In this document: piece after piece, positions 63,238 through 64,000 of the stretch
How the letters are laid out: each line of letters opens with the position of its first letter
How positions within the stretch are numbered: the first letter of the stretch is position 1
Source of the DNA: a bacterium
GTDB lineage: Bacteria; Patescibacteriota; Minisyncoccia; Phycocordibacterales; UBA6899
DNA length: 64,000 nucleotides
Direction of reading: 5' to 3'
Assembly (NCBI GenBank): GCA_043756865.1
Contig: JAYUQG010000014.1
Coordinates: 2,349-66,348, forward strand
Notes under the pieces: model-generated
Told to the model about the DNA's origin: nothing
What the model saw: only the letters and a program-made list of their open reading frames with translations
Database searches by the model: none
Program-made: the position numbers and the translations under genes

Positions 63238-64000
63238 ATGCGTACGCAACACCACACAGCGTTTACAAAAAACGTCTTTCCGAAAGCAATCCTCCACCTC
63301 GACGGCGACGGATTTTTCGCAGGCTGCGAAGTTGCAAAAGACCATCGACTCCAAGGAAAGCCCGTAGTGGTTGGACGCGAGCGCGGGATGGCAATTGCGA
63401 TGAGCAATGAGGCAAAGGTGCGCGGGGTGAAACGGGGCATGACGCTTCGCGAAGCAAAGGGCGTCTGCCCCGACGTTATTTTTCTAGATGCGGACCACGA
63501 GAGCTACGGACTCTTCTCGGGGCGCATGAACAACATCATCGAGCGGTACACGCCATTGATTGAACGCTACTCAATCGATGAATCATTTGCTGACCTCTCC
63601 GGCATGCGACTTCCCACGCATCAATCTTATAGAGCGGTTGCTGAAGATATAAAATCCACGCTCAAACGCGAACTAGGAATGACCTTCTCGCTCGGTATCG
63701 CCTCCACAAAAGTGCTCGCAAAAGTAGGTTCGAAGTTCAAGAAGCCTGACGGCTTAACCATTATCCCAAACCCCGACATACCCCATTATCTGGCACAGGT
63801 CGCAATCGGCGACGTATGGGGAATCGGGCGGCAAACCACTGCGTATCTCGAGGGGTACGGAATCAAAACGGCGCACGACTTCACAGAGAAAACGTTTGTG
63901 TGGGTGCAAACCCACCTTGCAAAACCGTATCGAGAAATCTGGCATGAACTCCGAGGAGAGAGTGTGCTTGAATTGCAGATAGGCGCACGGCCAGAGGAGC
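63238..64000 (+). CDS. dinB: Y-family DNA polymerase (DinB/UmuC-like), N-terminal part; continues past the window end
   Basis: ATG at 63238, 12 nt after the lexA stop; ILHLDGDGFFAGCEV (DxD), SIDESFADLSG (SIDEAFLD motif), GIGRQTTAYL; no stop before the window end. Confidence 0.65.
   Translation, partial: MRTQHHTAFTKNVFPKAILHLDGDGFFAGCEVAKDHRLQGKPVVVGRERGMAIAMSNEAKVRGVKRGMTLREAKGVCPDVIFLDADHESYGLFSGRMNNIIERYTPLIERYSIDESFADLSGMRLPTHQSYRAVAEDIKSTLKRELGMTFSLGIASTKVLAKVGSKFKKPDGLTIIPNPDIPHYLAQVAIGDVWGIGRQTTAYLEGYGIKTAHDFTEKTFVWVQTHLAKPYREIWHELRGESVLELQIGARPEE

Noticed and set aside
1-64000. tRNA, rRNA, transposase or integrase genes
   Set aside because: No cloverleaf-compatible 70-90-nt intergenic segments, no rRNA-like conserved stretches, and none of the ORF translations show DDE, serine or tyrosine recombinase motifs. 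The window contains no recognisable classical mobile element.

Overview
This 64-kb window looks like part of an uncultivated bacterium with a Gram-positive-type envelope, possibly CPR-like; the organism assignment is inference only. About 48 of the 64 kb encodes secreted or cell-surface proteins, nearly all on the minus strand. A 6246-aa giant adhesin gene (12172..30912) fills nearly a third of the window. Further genes are a 1790-aa adhesin and a 391-aa protein sharing a C-terminal WxL-like domain, four paralogous signal-peptide/TM-anchored proteins with CscA (DUF916/DUF3324)-like architecture, two cohesin-domain proteins, two dockerin-repeat proteins, an FN3-repeat protein, a collagen-like protein and two tandem FGE/SUMF1-fold proteins. 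Housekeeping genes are few: pepP, pepA, an FtsX-type ABC permease and ATPase, a small SET-domain protein, Hsp20, NUDIX, a Gly-rich RRM protein, a SIMPL protein, an APC permease fused to tandem Usp domains, and a lexA-dinB SOS pair with a perfect Cheo-type LexA box. Non-coding signals worth a second look are: two families of structured repetitive elements in the 3' flanks of surface-protein genes; five same-strand DnaA-box-like 9-mers; a 20-bp perfect inverted repeat; a recurring TATAATAGAG motif immediately upstream of start codons; and a TldD/PmbA gene remnant beside the collagen-like gene. No rRNA, tRNA, CRISPR array, transposase or integrase was recognised. Domain calls rest on motifs read by eye from the supplied translations, with no database search.
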